From contig JAWCNV010000013.1 of assembly GCA_038848185.1 (NCBI GenBank), positions 1 through 56,356 on the forward strand: a DNA stretch of 56,356 nt, in the 5' to 3' direction. Under the pieces are notes generated by a model that saw nothing but the letters and a program-made list of their open reading frames with translations, was not told where the DNA came from and did not search any database. Positions 1-9,865 of this stretch are shown in pieces. The stretch is from Thermoproteota archaeon. GTDB taxonomy: Archaea > Thermoproteota > EX4484-205 > JAAOZP01. Each line of letters starts with the position of its first letter. Within the stretch, counting starts at the first letter, position 1. The position numbers and the translations under genes were made by a program.

Positions 1-255
1 CCCGCCTCTTCTATTTTCTCCCATATTATAAAAACATATTCTTCCAGCGTAAAGAATAGGCTCAATGATAAAAACGTCAAGACCTGTTAACCACGATGGG
101 TTACGCGGAACAATAAAGTAATTAATCCCTAAGTTTAGAGAACAATTTAATGCCTGTTACGAAAACATTATATTCAGAATAATAGTGAATCGCCTTTCAC
201 TTAAAGAAGCCTTACATAATGCTTATAAACAATGCCTGGTTCACCCTGCTAATTC

Positions 256-987
256 ATGAAACAAGCTATAGAAGTAAAAGACCTTGTGAAAACCTTCGGA
301 AACATTAAGGCGCTTAACAATCTGAGTTTTCAGGTTGCGGAAGGAGAGATGTACGGGTTGATTGGGCCAAACGGTGCGGGTAAAACAACCACTCTAAGAA
401 TAATTTCGACTCTAATACTTCCCGACTCAGGTTCAGCAAGGATCTTTGACTATAATGTTGTGAGTGAAGCATCAGAAGTACGGAAGATAATAAGCTATCT
501 TCCTGAGGAGGCAGGAGCCTATAAAAACCTCTCCGGGTTGGAATACTTAAGGTTCATGGCACAGTTCTATGTCGAGAATAAAGAGGATTTGGAGAACCGG
601 GTTAAGGAGGCGGCTGAAATCTCAGGGTTGGGAGAGAGGCTTAAGGACAGAACTAAAAGCTACAGTAAGGGAATGAAGAGGCGGCTTCTAGTTGCCAGAA
701 GCCTTATGCATAGACCTAAGCTTGCAATATTAGATGAGCCCACTAGCGGTCTAGATGTTTTCCACAGCCAACATGTGCGAAGAATAATAAAAAAATATGC
801 GGAGGAACATGGTGTCACAGTATTGCTTTCTAGCCACAACATGCTGGAGGTGGAGTATCTCTGCGACAGGGTCGCGTTGATAAATAAGGGCATGCTGGTC
901 GCGGAGGGAACGCCACTTGAGCTTAAGGAAAAACATAGAGCATCAAACTTAGAGGAGGCTTTTACGAAGGTGGTGGCCTATGCTTAA
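256..987 (+). CDS. ABC exporter ATP-binding subunit (NatA/CcmA-like)
   Basis: Walker A GPNGAGKT, signature YSKGMKRR, Walker B ILDEPT, H-loop SSHN; overlaps the downstream permease start. Confidence 0.95.
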   Translation: MKQAIEVKDLVKTFGNIKALNNLSFQVAEGEMYGLIGPNGAGKTTTLRIISTLILPDSGSARIFDYNVVSEASEVRKIISYLPEEAGAYKNLSGLEYLRFMAQFYVENKEDLENRVKEAAEISGLGERLKDRTKSYSKGMKRRLLVARSLMHRPKLAILDEPTSGLDVFHSQHVRRIIKKYAEEHGVTVLLSSHNMLEVEYLCDRVALINKGMLVAEGTPLELKEKHRASNLEEAFTKVVAYA

Positions 988-2275
988 AGGTTTACGTAAC
1001 ATGGTTTTGAAAGAGCTTAAGGAGCTTATCAGAGATCCCAAAATACTTCTGGGAATGCTAATCTTTCCTGTTTTAATGCTCCCTTTGATGGGTGGCGCAG
1101 TCAGAGTTTCCACTCAAACGGCAATGGAGAGTTTTAAGACCTTGTCAATAGGAGTCGTAGACAGAGATTCTACCGCACTCTCACAAATGTTCATAAGTTT
1201 TCTAAACTCTTCTCCCAGCGTGGCTAAGGTAACAGTTTTCCAGAATATTGAGGAGGCAAAAGAGCAGCTTGAGAAATACAGTATTATTGGAATAATAGAG
1301 ATCCCCCAAGAGTTTAGCAGTAACATAACTAGAAACGAGAAGGGTAGGCTTGAGATCTATACACTTTTCAAAGGGGGAAGCGTGTTCGGCTCGCTTGGCG
1401 CATCAATACTAGTCAACCTTGCAAATAATTTTGGAGACTATTTAATTGTTCAAAAGGTCAGGGAGAAAATCCCAGGTTTCGAGAGAATAGTCCTAAATCC
1501 AGTATATGTTTCAGAGAAAACTATTGTGAAGGGGGAGGAGGTACCTATAAGCTCAAGCGTTCTCTCCACCATACTTGCACAGCAGAGCATAGGGTTGATC
1601 TTTGGCCCCACCATGTTAATCTTTTTTGCAATGCAGCTCGGTGCTGCCTCAACAGCATCTGAGAAGGAGGATAAAACCCTAGAGACACTTTTAACAATGC
1701 CTATTGACAGGATAACCATACTCATAGGTAAACTGAGTAGCGTGATTCTCGCTTCAGCGATAAGCGCCTTAGCATTCATAGCCAGCTGGAACTATTATAT
1801 GACCTCCTTCTTCGAAGGTGTTTCTCAGGACCAGATTAACATAAGCCTCGAATCCCTAGGTTTAGCCCCTACGCTTCCAATGTATGTGATGACAGGCGTT
1901 TCCCTGTTTCTTACAATCCTATTCGCCTTAACTCTTTCAGTATTAATATCCTCGTTTGCTGAAGATGTTAGAAGTGCGGAGGCCTTAATAGGATATATGT
2001 ATCCAATTCTTTTTATCCCAATGTTCCTCCTGATGTTTACAGACATTAATACCCTTCCAATACTTCCGAGGATCACCATGTGGCTATTGCCCTTTATCCA
2101 TCCTTCTCTAACGCTTCAAACTCTCTTCAACGGAGACTATTTGACACCTTCTCTTGGGATATGCTACGTTGCGATCCTCACAGTAATAGTTCTCTATCTC
2201 GCAGCAAGATTCTTCTCGACAGGAAGAATACTGACCGCTAAAATACGTTTCAAGAAAAGAAAAGCAGGGGAATAA
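980..2275 (+). CDS. ABC-2 type exporter permease (NatB-like)
   Basis: N-terminal KELKELIRDPK plus TM, large extracellular domain, EKEDKTLETLLTMP motif, several C-terminal TMs; 8-bp overlap with the ATPase gene. Confidence 0.9.
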   Translation: MLKGLRNMVLKELKELIRDPKILLGMLIFPVLMLPLMGGAVRVSTQTAMESFKTLSIGVVDRDSTALSQMFISFLNSSPSVAKVTVFQNIEEAKEQLEKYSIIGIIEIPQEFSSNITRNEKGRLEIYTLFKGGSVFGSLGASILVNLANNFGDYLIVQKVREKIPGFERIVLNPVYVSEKTIVKGEEVPISSSVLSTILAQQSIGLIFGPTMLIFFAMQLGAASTASEKEDKTLETLLTMPIDRITILIGKLSSVILASAISALAFIASWNYYMTSFFEGVSQDQINISLESLGLAPTLPMYVMTGVSLFLTILFALTLSVLISSFAEDVRSAEALIGYMYPILFIPMFLLMFTDINTLPILPRITMWLLPFIHPSLTLQTLFNGDYLTPSLGICYVAILTVIVLYLAARFFSTGRILTAKIRFKKRKAGE

Positions 2276-2319
2276 GCAATCTTTAAATAAACAGCTAATG
2301 CTCTTTAAACAGATGTTTC

Positions 2320-2496
2320 ATGGCTTCAGGAGTTTCAAAGAGGTACAGGTGCACAGTATGCGGATACATTTATGACCCATCTATGGGAGACTCTGAGTCA
2401 AAGATTCCTCCGGGAACACCTTTCGAAAAGCTTCCAGAAAGCTGGGTCTGCCCGCTTTGCGGAGCAAGTAAGGATCTTTTTGAACCGGAAGATTAA
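2320..2496 (+). CDS. Rubredoxin (58 aa, not in the ORF track)
   Basis: Manual translation [58 protein letters not shown]; two CxxC knuckles (CTVCGY, CPLCG) and [10 protein letters not shown]; TTTAAATA ~30 nt upstream. Confidence 0.96.
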   Translation: MASGVSKRYRCTVCGYIYDPSMGDSESKIPPGTPFEKLPESWVCPLCGASKDLFEPED

Positions 2497-2540
2497 TCCT
2501 TCATAAGAAAGCAGGTATTCTACTTTACTCGTTTAAACCG

Positions 2541-5015
2541 TTAGATACTCAAAACATAACTTAAAACGAGCAGCGTGACATTATAGGCAGCGTGAAGAGC
2601 AATTGGACACCAAATCCTATAGCTTCTCTTTCTGAAAAGATATCCCAGTATAAGACCTAGGAGGAAGGCGGGCAGGAACTGCCAAGGATTCAGATGGAAA
2701 AGACCGAATAAGAGGGATGAAGCCACTATTCCCCAGTTTCTCCCTAGGCTCATCTCGAACCCTCTTTGCACAAAACCTCTGAACAACATTTCTTCGCATG
2801 GAGCCGCAAAAAATATTGTGAAGAAGGATAATGCAACCAGATCCTTAAAGGAAGAGGGAGAAATGGTTGAGAATATTCTTTCAAACCAAGGTGGAATAGG
2901 AACTAGTATTTGAACAACTATTCCGGCGAAGAACCCTGTTAAAACAGTTAAAGGCAGAATGAGCAGAGCAAGCTTAAACTCTTGTAGAGCACTCCTAGAA
3001 TCCAGCCCGATAAACTCCACGCTTATCCCTTTACTAACCATGTAGAGCAACATAGGAATAATTATCGCAACCTCTCCTAGAAAAAGCAGCGTCAGATCAT
3101 TGGCACGACCGCTTGAAGACAGTGTTAAAAGAGGAAACTGTAAGACTGATGGGAGAACCAGAGCAAGAAGCAGAATAAGGATGGTTTGAGAGGCCCTCCA
3201 AGGGACTTTTGACGGAATATTTTGTATTGTTTTTGCATCCTGACCTGCGGCTTTTCTTTGTATTAGAATAGAGGCTACGAGCATAAGTCCCATTAAGACC
3301 GCTAGGGGTAGGCTATAGTGTCTTCCACTTGGATCAGTGCCTGATCCGAAAAAGAACCCGGTTAGACCTACAACCATGAGAATTAAAGAAGCTAAGGTTG
3401 AGAAGTTTAAAATGTAATGTTTGTAGTTCCTCTGAAACGGCATCTGGGGAACTATTTCTTCAGCAGGAGCTTTATCGAAGAACGTTTTAGACTTTATCAA
3501 GACGTACCTAGACAGCAGAAAGGCGATAAGTGTCGTGTAAAGAATTAGTATGAGGAGTATGCTTGGAGGAGGCACGTCTGCAATGCTTATGGTGGTTCTG
3601 GCAAGTATGACGGGCATCGACAGGAACAGGGCTCCGAACAAAGGTATGAAAACGTACAGCAGGGCGCTGAGAGATAACGCGTTAGAAGGCTTAGATAGAG
3701 TTAGTGCTGCAGCAACAGACAGTATTGAGGCGAAAAGCGTTATCGAGAAAAGCAGTAGGAAGTCAAGTATTATGAAGGGGGTTCCCGCCAACAGTATGTT
3801 GAAAGCACCGTAGAAAATCAATGCGAAGCTGAATGTTGCTACAAAGTATGCTATGAGCATGCCCTTCACATATTTTTTGAAACCGTCTTCAGATACAGCT
3901 GTTGCCCAAAGGCTTTCACGCTCTACGATACCCCAGTTTATCGAGAAAATTGCAGGGATGAGCGGCGTGTAGAGAATGTTGAAGGTCAGGGTGGCTAGCG
4001 CGGAGAAACTTACCTGCCTGATTAGGATGGGGAAGCTCAGGTTGGCTAGCGTAGCAATACCGAACAGCATTAGAGCAGTGAAAAGGCTCCCGTCCCGCAG
4101 TATCCTTAAGAGGTTCAGCTTAACTGTTAAAGCCATCGGTTTCTCGCTCATCTTGGGCGAGAGCACCTGCATAAAGAACCTTGGAACCCCTCTCAATATC
4201 CTACGGTTGCTCGAAGGCATCTCCATCAGAGCAGTTGTCAGGAGAGGAGTAACATCTGGAAGAAAGTTAATTCTCATCGCAGCAAAATAGGCGCTGACAA
4301 TCAACATTAAGTAGATTAAACCCAGAGCAATATCCCAAAGGCTTAGATAGCCAAAAGCATATCTTGAGAGAATGGTTGAAGGGTAGGGAAGGTCAGAATA
4401 GTTCACTTCAAAACCCAGCGCCATACCCAGCAGCGGGGTGAAGAGCAGCGCGAGAAGGACCCAGCCGAAAGCCTCTACCGCAACATCATTCCACATGCTC
4501 TTCAGGACGCCGAGCGTCTGAGCTATTAGTGAGGAGGTGAGAAGCATAAGCTCGTAGAAAAGGAAAACCATAGGTAGATTGCTGAAATCAGGGTAAAGCA
4601 TCACAGCGCTGAAAGAAACCAGGGGTGGGGTGACAGCAACGTTTAGAAAGACGAATTGAAACAGAAGGTCTGCCAGCATATATGTTGAAGGCTTGACGGG
4701 GGAAGTTAAGACAAAATCTATCTCGGGCTCGAGGGAAGTAATCCCGCCTTTAAGACCAAGGAAAATACCCATGGCGATCACGCTTGAAAAAGTCACAGAT
4801 ATTATGTTCATCAACTCTTTCTCGCTTATATCTGAGAAGCCGTAGAACCCTCTTACGAAGACCCCGCTGAAAAGCGATGAAAATACGATAATAAGATAAA
4901 ACATTAGTGTTGAAAACTTAATTGACGCGCTTTTTCTTAAGGGACCATAATACTGGAGAAGCTTAAACATCAGGATTTGACGAAGTCTAGAATCCCCCAT
5001 GGCTTCCTCCTCCAA
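2541..5015 (-). CDS. Multi-TM ABC exporter permease fused to a C-terminal CPBP (CAAX/Abi) intramembrane metalloprotease
   Basis: N-terminal ~510 aa polytopic with EIDFVLTSPV permease motif; C-terminal CPBP motifs EEMLFRG, FGLFH, HAAYN; directly downstream of an ABC ATPase. Confidence 0.8.
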   Translation of the reverse strand: MEEEAMGDSRLRQILMFKLLQYYGPLRKSASIKFSTLMFYLIIVFSSLFSGVFVRGFYGFSDISEKELMNIISVTFSSVIAMGIFLGLKGGITSLEPEIDFVLTSPVKPSTYMLADLLFQFVFLNVAVTPPLVSFSAVMLYPDFSNLPMVFLFYELMLLTSSLIAQTLGVLKSMWNDVAVEAFGWVLLALLFTPLLGMALGFEVNYSDLPYPSTILSRYAFGYLSLWDIALGLIYLMLIVSAYFAAMRINFLPDVTPLLTTALMEMPSSNRRILRGVPRFFMQVLSPKMSEKPMALTVKLNLLRILRDGSLFTALMLFGIATLANLSFPILIRQVSFSALATLTFNILYTPLIPAIFSINWGIVERESLWATAVSEDGFKKYVKGMLIAYFVATFSFALIFYGAFNILLAGTPFIILDFLLLFSITLFASILSVAAALTLSKPSNALSLSALLYVFIPLFGALFLSMPVILARTTISIADVPPPSILLILILYTTLIAFLLSRYVLIKSKTFFDKAPAEEIVPQMPFQRNYKHYILNFSTLASLILMVVGLTGFFFGSGTDPSGRHYSLPLAVLMGLMLVASILIQRKAAGQDAKTIQNIPSKVPWRASQTILILLLALVLPSVLQFPLLTLSSSGRANDLTLLFLGEVAIIIPMLLYMVSKGISVEFIGLDSRSALQEFKLALLILPLTVLTGFFAGIVVQILVPIPPWFERIFSTISPSSFKDLVALSFFTIFFAAPCEEMLFRGFVQRGFEMSLGRNWGIVASSLLFGLFHLNPWQFLPAFLLGLILGYLFRKRSYRIWCPIALHAAYNVTLLVLSYVLSI

Positions 5016-5769
5016 CTATTCTGAAAAATGCTTCTTCAAGCGTTCCAGAAGAGTCTAATCCAACAGAGTTTTTAAGTTCCTCTATAGTCCCCTCCGCAAC
5101 GCTTTTGCCAGAATCTATTATTGTCGCACTGGTGCAGAATCTTTCAGCCATGTCAAGCATATGCGTACATATGAGTGCTGCCCCACCATCATCAACAATA
5201 TTCTTAACAATGTTTTTAACGAGGCGCTGACCATCAGGATCCAAACCTATGAAGGGCTCATCCATTATGATGAATTTAGGCTGGTGTATAAATACTGTTG
5301 TTAGAGCAAGCCTCTGCTTCAAACCCTTTGAAAGCTCAATGATAAACCTGTTTTCACACTCGTTAAGCTCAAACATGTTCAGGAATTCTTCAACTCTCCT
5401 CCTCGTCTTCTCTCCGGGCTCCACCCCCCTGATTCTCGCGATATAGCCTAGAAACTCTTTGGGAGTAAGGTAGTCAGGTAGGGAAGGTGTTTCAGGCAGA
5501 TATCCAAGGAGTTTTTTAAAGCCATAGTCATTCCTCACGTTTCTTCCCATGACCGTTATCATGCCCCTATCGGGATTAAGGAGCCCAACGATGCATTTCA
5601 CCGTGGTTGTCTTGCCAGCACCATTAGGACCTATCAGGCCATGTATCTCTCCTGAGGCGACCTTCATGGATAGCCCTGCTACTCCTACTGTTTTCCCATA
5701 CGTCTTCCAAAGATCCTCTATTTCAAGCAAAACACTGTTGCCCAAATGCCTTTCACTATCAGGTAGCAA
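4987..5769 (-). CDS. ABC transporter ATP-binding subunit
   Basis: GPNGAGKT, LSKGLKQR, IMDEP, CTH; the true start may lie a few codons downstream. Confidence 0.93.
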   Translation of the reverse strand: MLPDSERHLGNSVLLEIEDLWKTYGKTVGVAGLSMKVASGEIHGLIGPNGAGKTTTVKCIVGLLNPDRGMITVMGRNVRNDYGFKKLLGYLPETPSLPDYLTPKEFLGYIARIRGVEPGEKTRRRVEEFLNMFELNECENRFIIELSKGLKQRLALTTVFIHQPKFIIMDEPFIGLDPDGQRLVKNIVKNIVDDGGAALICTHMLDMAERFCTSATIIDSGKSVAEGTIEELKNSVGLDSSGTLEEAFFRIVGGGSHGGF

Positions 5770-5909
5770 GACTGCTGAACAATAGAGGACGAGAGTAGAA
5801 TTTTTAAGCTTTTAACAAGTCATAAAAACACTAACAAGTTTTCAAAGAAAAGTGAAATAAAATACTCGAGTTATAATTCTAAGACGCATGGAAAAATTTA
5901 ATAAGCTTA

Positions 5910-6293
5910 TTGAGGGGTGTGGAAAGAATGAACACTAAGATAATCCTTGGAATCTCAACACTAATTCTACTCGTCCACGGAGTAATTGAACTGCTCTCCA
6001 TACTTAGCATTTTCACCGGAGAAGCACCGTTTTTCATCTTTCAAGAGCTTAGGGAGAATTGGCAGCAAACAGTATTAATAAGTATAGTCTCCGGGATCAT
6101 CAGGATTGTTGCAGCCGCAGGCATTTCAAAGGGTTTTAAATGGGGCTTAATGCTGGGAATCTTTTTCTCAGTAGCCACTTACTCAGGATTAGCCTTCTAT
6201 CTTCCCTACGGTATGATGGATGCATTGTTATCGGGTCTTGCCCTAGTGCTTCTCACCATGGCTTACTGGGGCGGTAAGAAAATAGACGTTTGA
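5910..6293 (+). CDS. Hypothetical 4-TM membrane protein
   Basis: Four hydrophobic segments; likely start is the internal ATG (MNTKII). Confidence 0.7.
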   Translation: MRGVERMNTKIILGISTLILLVHGVIELLSILSIFTGEAPFFIFQELRENWQQTVLISIVSGIIRIVAAAGISKGFKWGLMLGIFFSVATYSGLAFYLPYGMMDALLSGLALVLLTMAYWGGKKIDV

Positions 6294-6386
6294 AGAAAAT
6301 GTTATGGGAGTAAGTTATGTTTTCCCCAAGTAGATTTTGGTAAAGACTTATATACTTATTGCCTAAACTATTTAAACCGGATAAAA

Positions 6387-6794
6387 ATGGCGCAAACTAC
6401 AGTAACAGAAGCTAGAAACCTTGCAAATTGGTCATATCTTTCTCTACTGATACTTGGAGCACTGATGGCTTTAGGTGGAATATGGTATATTATCAGTTGG
6501 ATCTCGGTTGCTTGGGTGTGGTACTTCGGATTTGGTGGCTTCATAATCACGGGCATCGTTTTACTTGTATTGGGAGGCTTTGGCGCCTTCACAGCTTTCA
6601 CGGTGTGGAAGCCTAAGATAGTTGACGCGATAGATCAGGGAAGGTATGCTGATGCTTATCATGTTGCTTCCAATCCTATCCAACTCATAATAGGACTCAT
6701 ATGCGGCGGCGTTATTCCATGTATCCTGCTGTATCTAACTCAACAGAAGCTTGCTTTAATAGTGGGGCCAGCGCCTCCACCTCCGCCTCCATAA
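6387..6794 (+). CDS. Hypothetical membrane protein with C-terminal polyproline tail
   Basis: About 3 TMs; ends GPAPPPPPP-stop; TTATATA ~35 nt upstream. Confidence 0.8.
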   Translation: MAQTTVTEARNLANWSYLSLLILGALMALGGIWYIISWISVAWVWYFGFGGFIITGIVLLVLGGFGAFTAFTVWKPKIVDAIDQGRYADAYHVASNPIQLIIGLICGGVIPCILLYLTQQKLALIVGPAPPPPPP

Positions 6795-6857
6795 GAAAAC
6801 TATCTTTCATCCTATTTTTTCTCAATATTTTAAAGAATATCCGAGTATGAAACAGGA

Positions 6858-8078
6858 TCATCCAACAATATAGGGTATGATTATTATGCCTATTATGAGG
6901 CACAGTATAGTTAAGCTTACTGTGTAAACCATCCTGTCAACCATCTTGACGCTTATCCTGCTACCAAGCTTCCTTCTGCATAAAAGCTTGAACATTATCC
7001 CGCCGTCCATCGGATACAGGGGGAGGGCGTTGAATATTCCGAGGTTGAAGTTTACGAACCAGATCCAGAAGAAAAGGTTCACTAAGTAATGATAATCCGC
7101 ACCTAGAAGAGTTGAAACATAGTATTTTTGAAGCAGGCTGGAGAACGGAATGTTCTGGTAAACCCATGGGAACGGGACTGTAGGAATCATCAAGTATGTT
7201 ACAACCCCTTCAACAGGTGAACGCATGAATGCGGAGGAATAGTTTTCGAGAACATCTTTAAGCGGAACCACATCCAGTATTCCAGTAGCGTTAAGGTCTC
7301 TTCCAAGCGCGAAAGTATAGTTTGATAAGCCGTTTCTGGAAACTGTGAAAGACATGTTTTCACCCTGCTCGTAAGCCTTATTCATCGCCTTGGCAAAACT
7401 GTTCCAGTCGGGGGTTAACTCACTGTTCAACCCTATTATTACATCCCCTGGTCTCATACCCGCTTGGTAAGCCGACCCATTGGAAACAAGCCCTACAACG
7501 AGAATACCGTTGTCAACCGGCTTCAAAGAGAGTATTAGAAGTATGAAGATGGCTAATGAAGCGAAGGCTGCGATGATGTTTGAAACAGGCCCGGCTGAGA
7601 GAACTCTGCTTGCTTCTCCAAGCTCCGCCTCCTCAAGCTGCTTCTCATCTACTTCTGCGAAAGCACCTATGGGTATAATTAGGAACAGGACTAAGCCCGT
7701 CGACTTGACGTTAATCTCGTGGGCTCTTGCCTGAACCCCGTGTGAACACTCATGTATGATCATAGCTATGAGAAGCGCTACCCAGCCATAGAAGACGGGT
7801 AGGTAAGGGTTCACTCCAGGAAGAAGTATGTTTGCAGCAGGCCCCAGCTCCCTAATCATCCTGCTCACATTAGGGCTACTCAACATGTTGCTAATAGAGT
7901 TGAGCAGAAGATAGATCATCACAGCACCTAGGAAAGGCATTATGACCGTGAAGACCAAGCCTATTTCCTTGGAGAGCCTTTTCTTCCCAAGCCTATCCAT
8001 CAGAGATAAGCCTATCCTGGTCTTGATTAGAATGAAGGGAAACTGGACTTCAACTATGCTCGGCAGGCGTAGACGCAT
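6858..8078 (-). CDS. Site-2 protease (M50 family) with PDZ domain
   Basis: HECSH zinc motif, GAFAE, AGPVSN, PDZ segment SAYQAGMRPGDVI, distal NALPLYPMDGG. Confidence 0.93.
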   Translation of the reverse strand: MRLRLPSIVEVQFPFILIKTRIGLSLMDRLGKKRLSKEIGLVFTVIMPFLGAVMIYLLLNSISNMLSSPNVSRMIRELGPAANILLPGVNPYLPVFYGWVALLIAMIIHECSHGVQARAHEINVKSTGLVLFLIIPIGAFAEVDEKQLEEAELGEASRVLSAGPVSNIIAAFASLAIFILLILSLKPVDNGILVVGLVSNGSAYQAGMRPGDVIIGLNSELTPDWNSFAKAMNKAYEQGENMSFTVSRNGLSNYTFALGRDLNATGILDVVPLKDVLENYSSAFMRSPVEGVVTYLMIPTVPFPWVYQNIPFSSLLQKYYVSTLLGADYHYLVNLFFWIWFVNFNLGIFNALPLYPMDGGIMFKLLCRRKLGSRISVKMVDRMVYTVSLTILCLIIGIIIIPYIVG

Positions 8079-8146
8079 TTAAAATCTTTCAGCTTAACCT
8101 CCTTTTTAAACATAGCTTCAAAATTCACTGTGCTTCAGGAAAGGTT

Positions 8147-8947
8147 TCACCCGACCAAGAACATTTTAGCCTCAAGAGCATCTAGCAACACGTTAGATAT
8201 GGCGATGCTGAAGGCGCAGCATACGAATGCTTGGCTAGCGTTAAGCCCAAGCGTCTCCTTAGCAAGCAATAGCAAGAGTATGAAGAACCATGCGAAGAAT
8301 ATTTTTGGAAGAATTACGTCGGTTATGAAGAGAAGGTATTCGGCTTTGAGAAGCTCCATTACTATAAGATACGGTTTAAATAGGGTAATAAGGCTGGAGA
8401 CTATGAGTGGCTGGAACGTTGTAGGATAGCATATAACCGTTCCTAGGACATTCTTACCTTTATACAGGTATCTGCCTGTGAGAACTACCCAGATTATTGG
8501 GAGGGAAAGGTTTAGGAAAAGCTGAAGCCCGTTGACACCAGCGTAAAGAGAGATTAAGACTGATAAAACTCCAATCATTATGCTTGAGAATATATGGATG
8601 ATACTGCCTTTCGCAACCAGTTTAAAGGCGAGTGAAGGCCTTATGAGGAAGTCTAGAAAAGACAAAGGGTTGAACCTGATACCTGCTGGCTTCAAACCTT
8701 GAAAAGATTTTAAAATATTATAGGCCTTAAGACCCTGTTCTGAAGCCCTGTATAGTCCTCCTTCAATCTCTAAGAGAAGCTTCATCTTCTCAAGATGGTA
8801 GTTAAGCGTACCAGGCTTTAAATCAGTCTTGGTGAGGATAGCCGTGTAGGATAAGGGGCCCTCCTTGACAATCAGCTCTAGGAGCCTCCTCCTTACCTCA
8901 TGGGAGAGAGATTCAAAGAGGCTGTCAAGCAGCTCATCGTCTTTCAT
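8147..8947 (-). CDS. Membrane-tethered transcription regulator: N-terminal ArsR-like winged HTH plus C-terminal ~5-TM (Yip1-like) domain
   Basis: LFESLSHEVRRRLLELI...PGTLNYHLEKM...YRASEQG wHTH; then LIRPSLAF and several TM helices. Confidence 0.8.
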   Translation of the reverse strand: MKDDELLDSLFESLSHEVRRRLLELIVKEGPLSYTAILTKTDLKPGTLNYHLEKMKLLLEIEGGLYRASEQGLKAYNILKSFQGLKPAGIRFNPLSFLDFLIRPSLAFKLVAKGSIIHIFSSIMIGVLSVLISLYAGVNGLQLFLNLSLPIIWVVLTGRYLYKGKNVLGTVICYPTTFQPLIVSSLITLFKPYLIVMELLKAEYLLFITDVILPKIFFAWFFILLLLLAKETLGLNASQAFVCCAFSIAISNVLLDALEAKMFLVG

Positions 8948-9055
8948 TATTTACAGCTACCTCTACAGACTGCTCAGGTAAATTGGTTATTCTTTCCCTA
9001 TATAAGTGCCTTGCTAAGAAATATAGGATGGCTATGCTTAATCGATGGTTATAGG

Positions 9056-9317
9056 TCATTTCTCAACAGGCTTAAAGATCTCCGACCCTACTTTTTTAAT
9101 AAGCTCGACCACTCTTCTCCTTCTCTCAGTTTTACCCATACCTGAGATCATGGCTGTCAACTCCACATTCCTTTTCGCATCCAGCATCGGTAGGAGAGGA
9201 AAACTCCAAAAATGCTCCTTCTTTGACGACCAGACTAAGATTATCAAGAGCCTTCGTAACACTGTTCCCCTGACTGTAAACCTTGCTTATGCCAACCATC
9301 TCAATAAAGGCACCCAT
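9056..9317 (-). pseudogene. Remnant of a LolD/MacB-type ABC ATPase
   Basis: One frame gives MGAFIEMVGISKVYSQGNSVTKALDNLSLVVKEGAF; a shifted frame gives SFPLLPMLDAKRNVELTAMISGMGKTERRRRVVELIKKVG; Walker A, signature and Walker B are missing. Confidence 0.75.
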
Positions 9318-9445
9318 CGCCTGATTCACTGCAAAGCCGTTGAAAAACGCTGTTATATTGCTTTTTAACGAGGACTCTTGACACGAAGCTTCTCGTGAAA
9401 AACCTTTATCTTTAATGCATCTGCCCGCTTTTCGAGTGAGGAAAA

Positions 9446-9865
9446 ATGGCTAATGAGCATCATGGTGACGATGATGGGGTGCTTTCACTCTTAGCAGACT
9501 TAGGTAGAACGATAGAGGAATACTTGGCGAACCCGCTTATAATGATACTTGTAATAATAATCGCATGGTTAAACCATGCTGTAGGTGCAGTAATATTAAC
9601 GCTACTAGTTATTGGGATTCATCTTAGAAGGAAGACTCCGCCTTCTGGAGGCCCTGAGCCTCCAACGGGGTTGCCTCCACCTCCAAGTGCAGAAAAACAG
9701 GGTGAGAACGGTTTCATTATACTGGTGGGGGTGGTGATACTGCTCGCCGGGTTCTACTGGCTCATTAGAGACATCTTTCCTCTGGTAGATATCCCTTGGG
9801 CAGCTACACTCATAATACTCGGAGCAGTTTTCCTCTTACTAGGGGTTAAAAGTGGTAAAAAATGA
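9446..9865 (+). CDS. Membrane protein with Pro-rich loop and LiaI/LiaF-like C-terminal TM pair
   Basis: TM pair, then RRKTPPSGGPEPPTGLPPPPS loop, then GVVILLAGFYWL...WAATLIILG; ATGA-type overlap with the next gene. Confidence 0.6.
   Translation: MANEHHGDDDGVLSLLADLGRTIEEYLANPLIMILVIIIAWLNHAVGAVILTLLVIGIHLRRKTPPSGGPEPPTGLPPPPSAEKQGENGFIILVGVVILLAGFYWLIRDIFPLVDIPWAATLIILGAVFLLLGVKSGKK

Noticed and set aside
1-24. Possible start of a minus-strand gene (MGENRRGG) running off the window
   Set aside because: Only 8 codons are visible, so it cannot be supported
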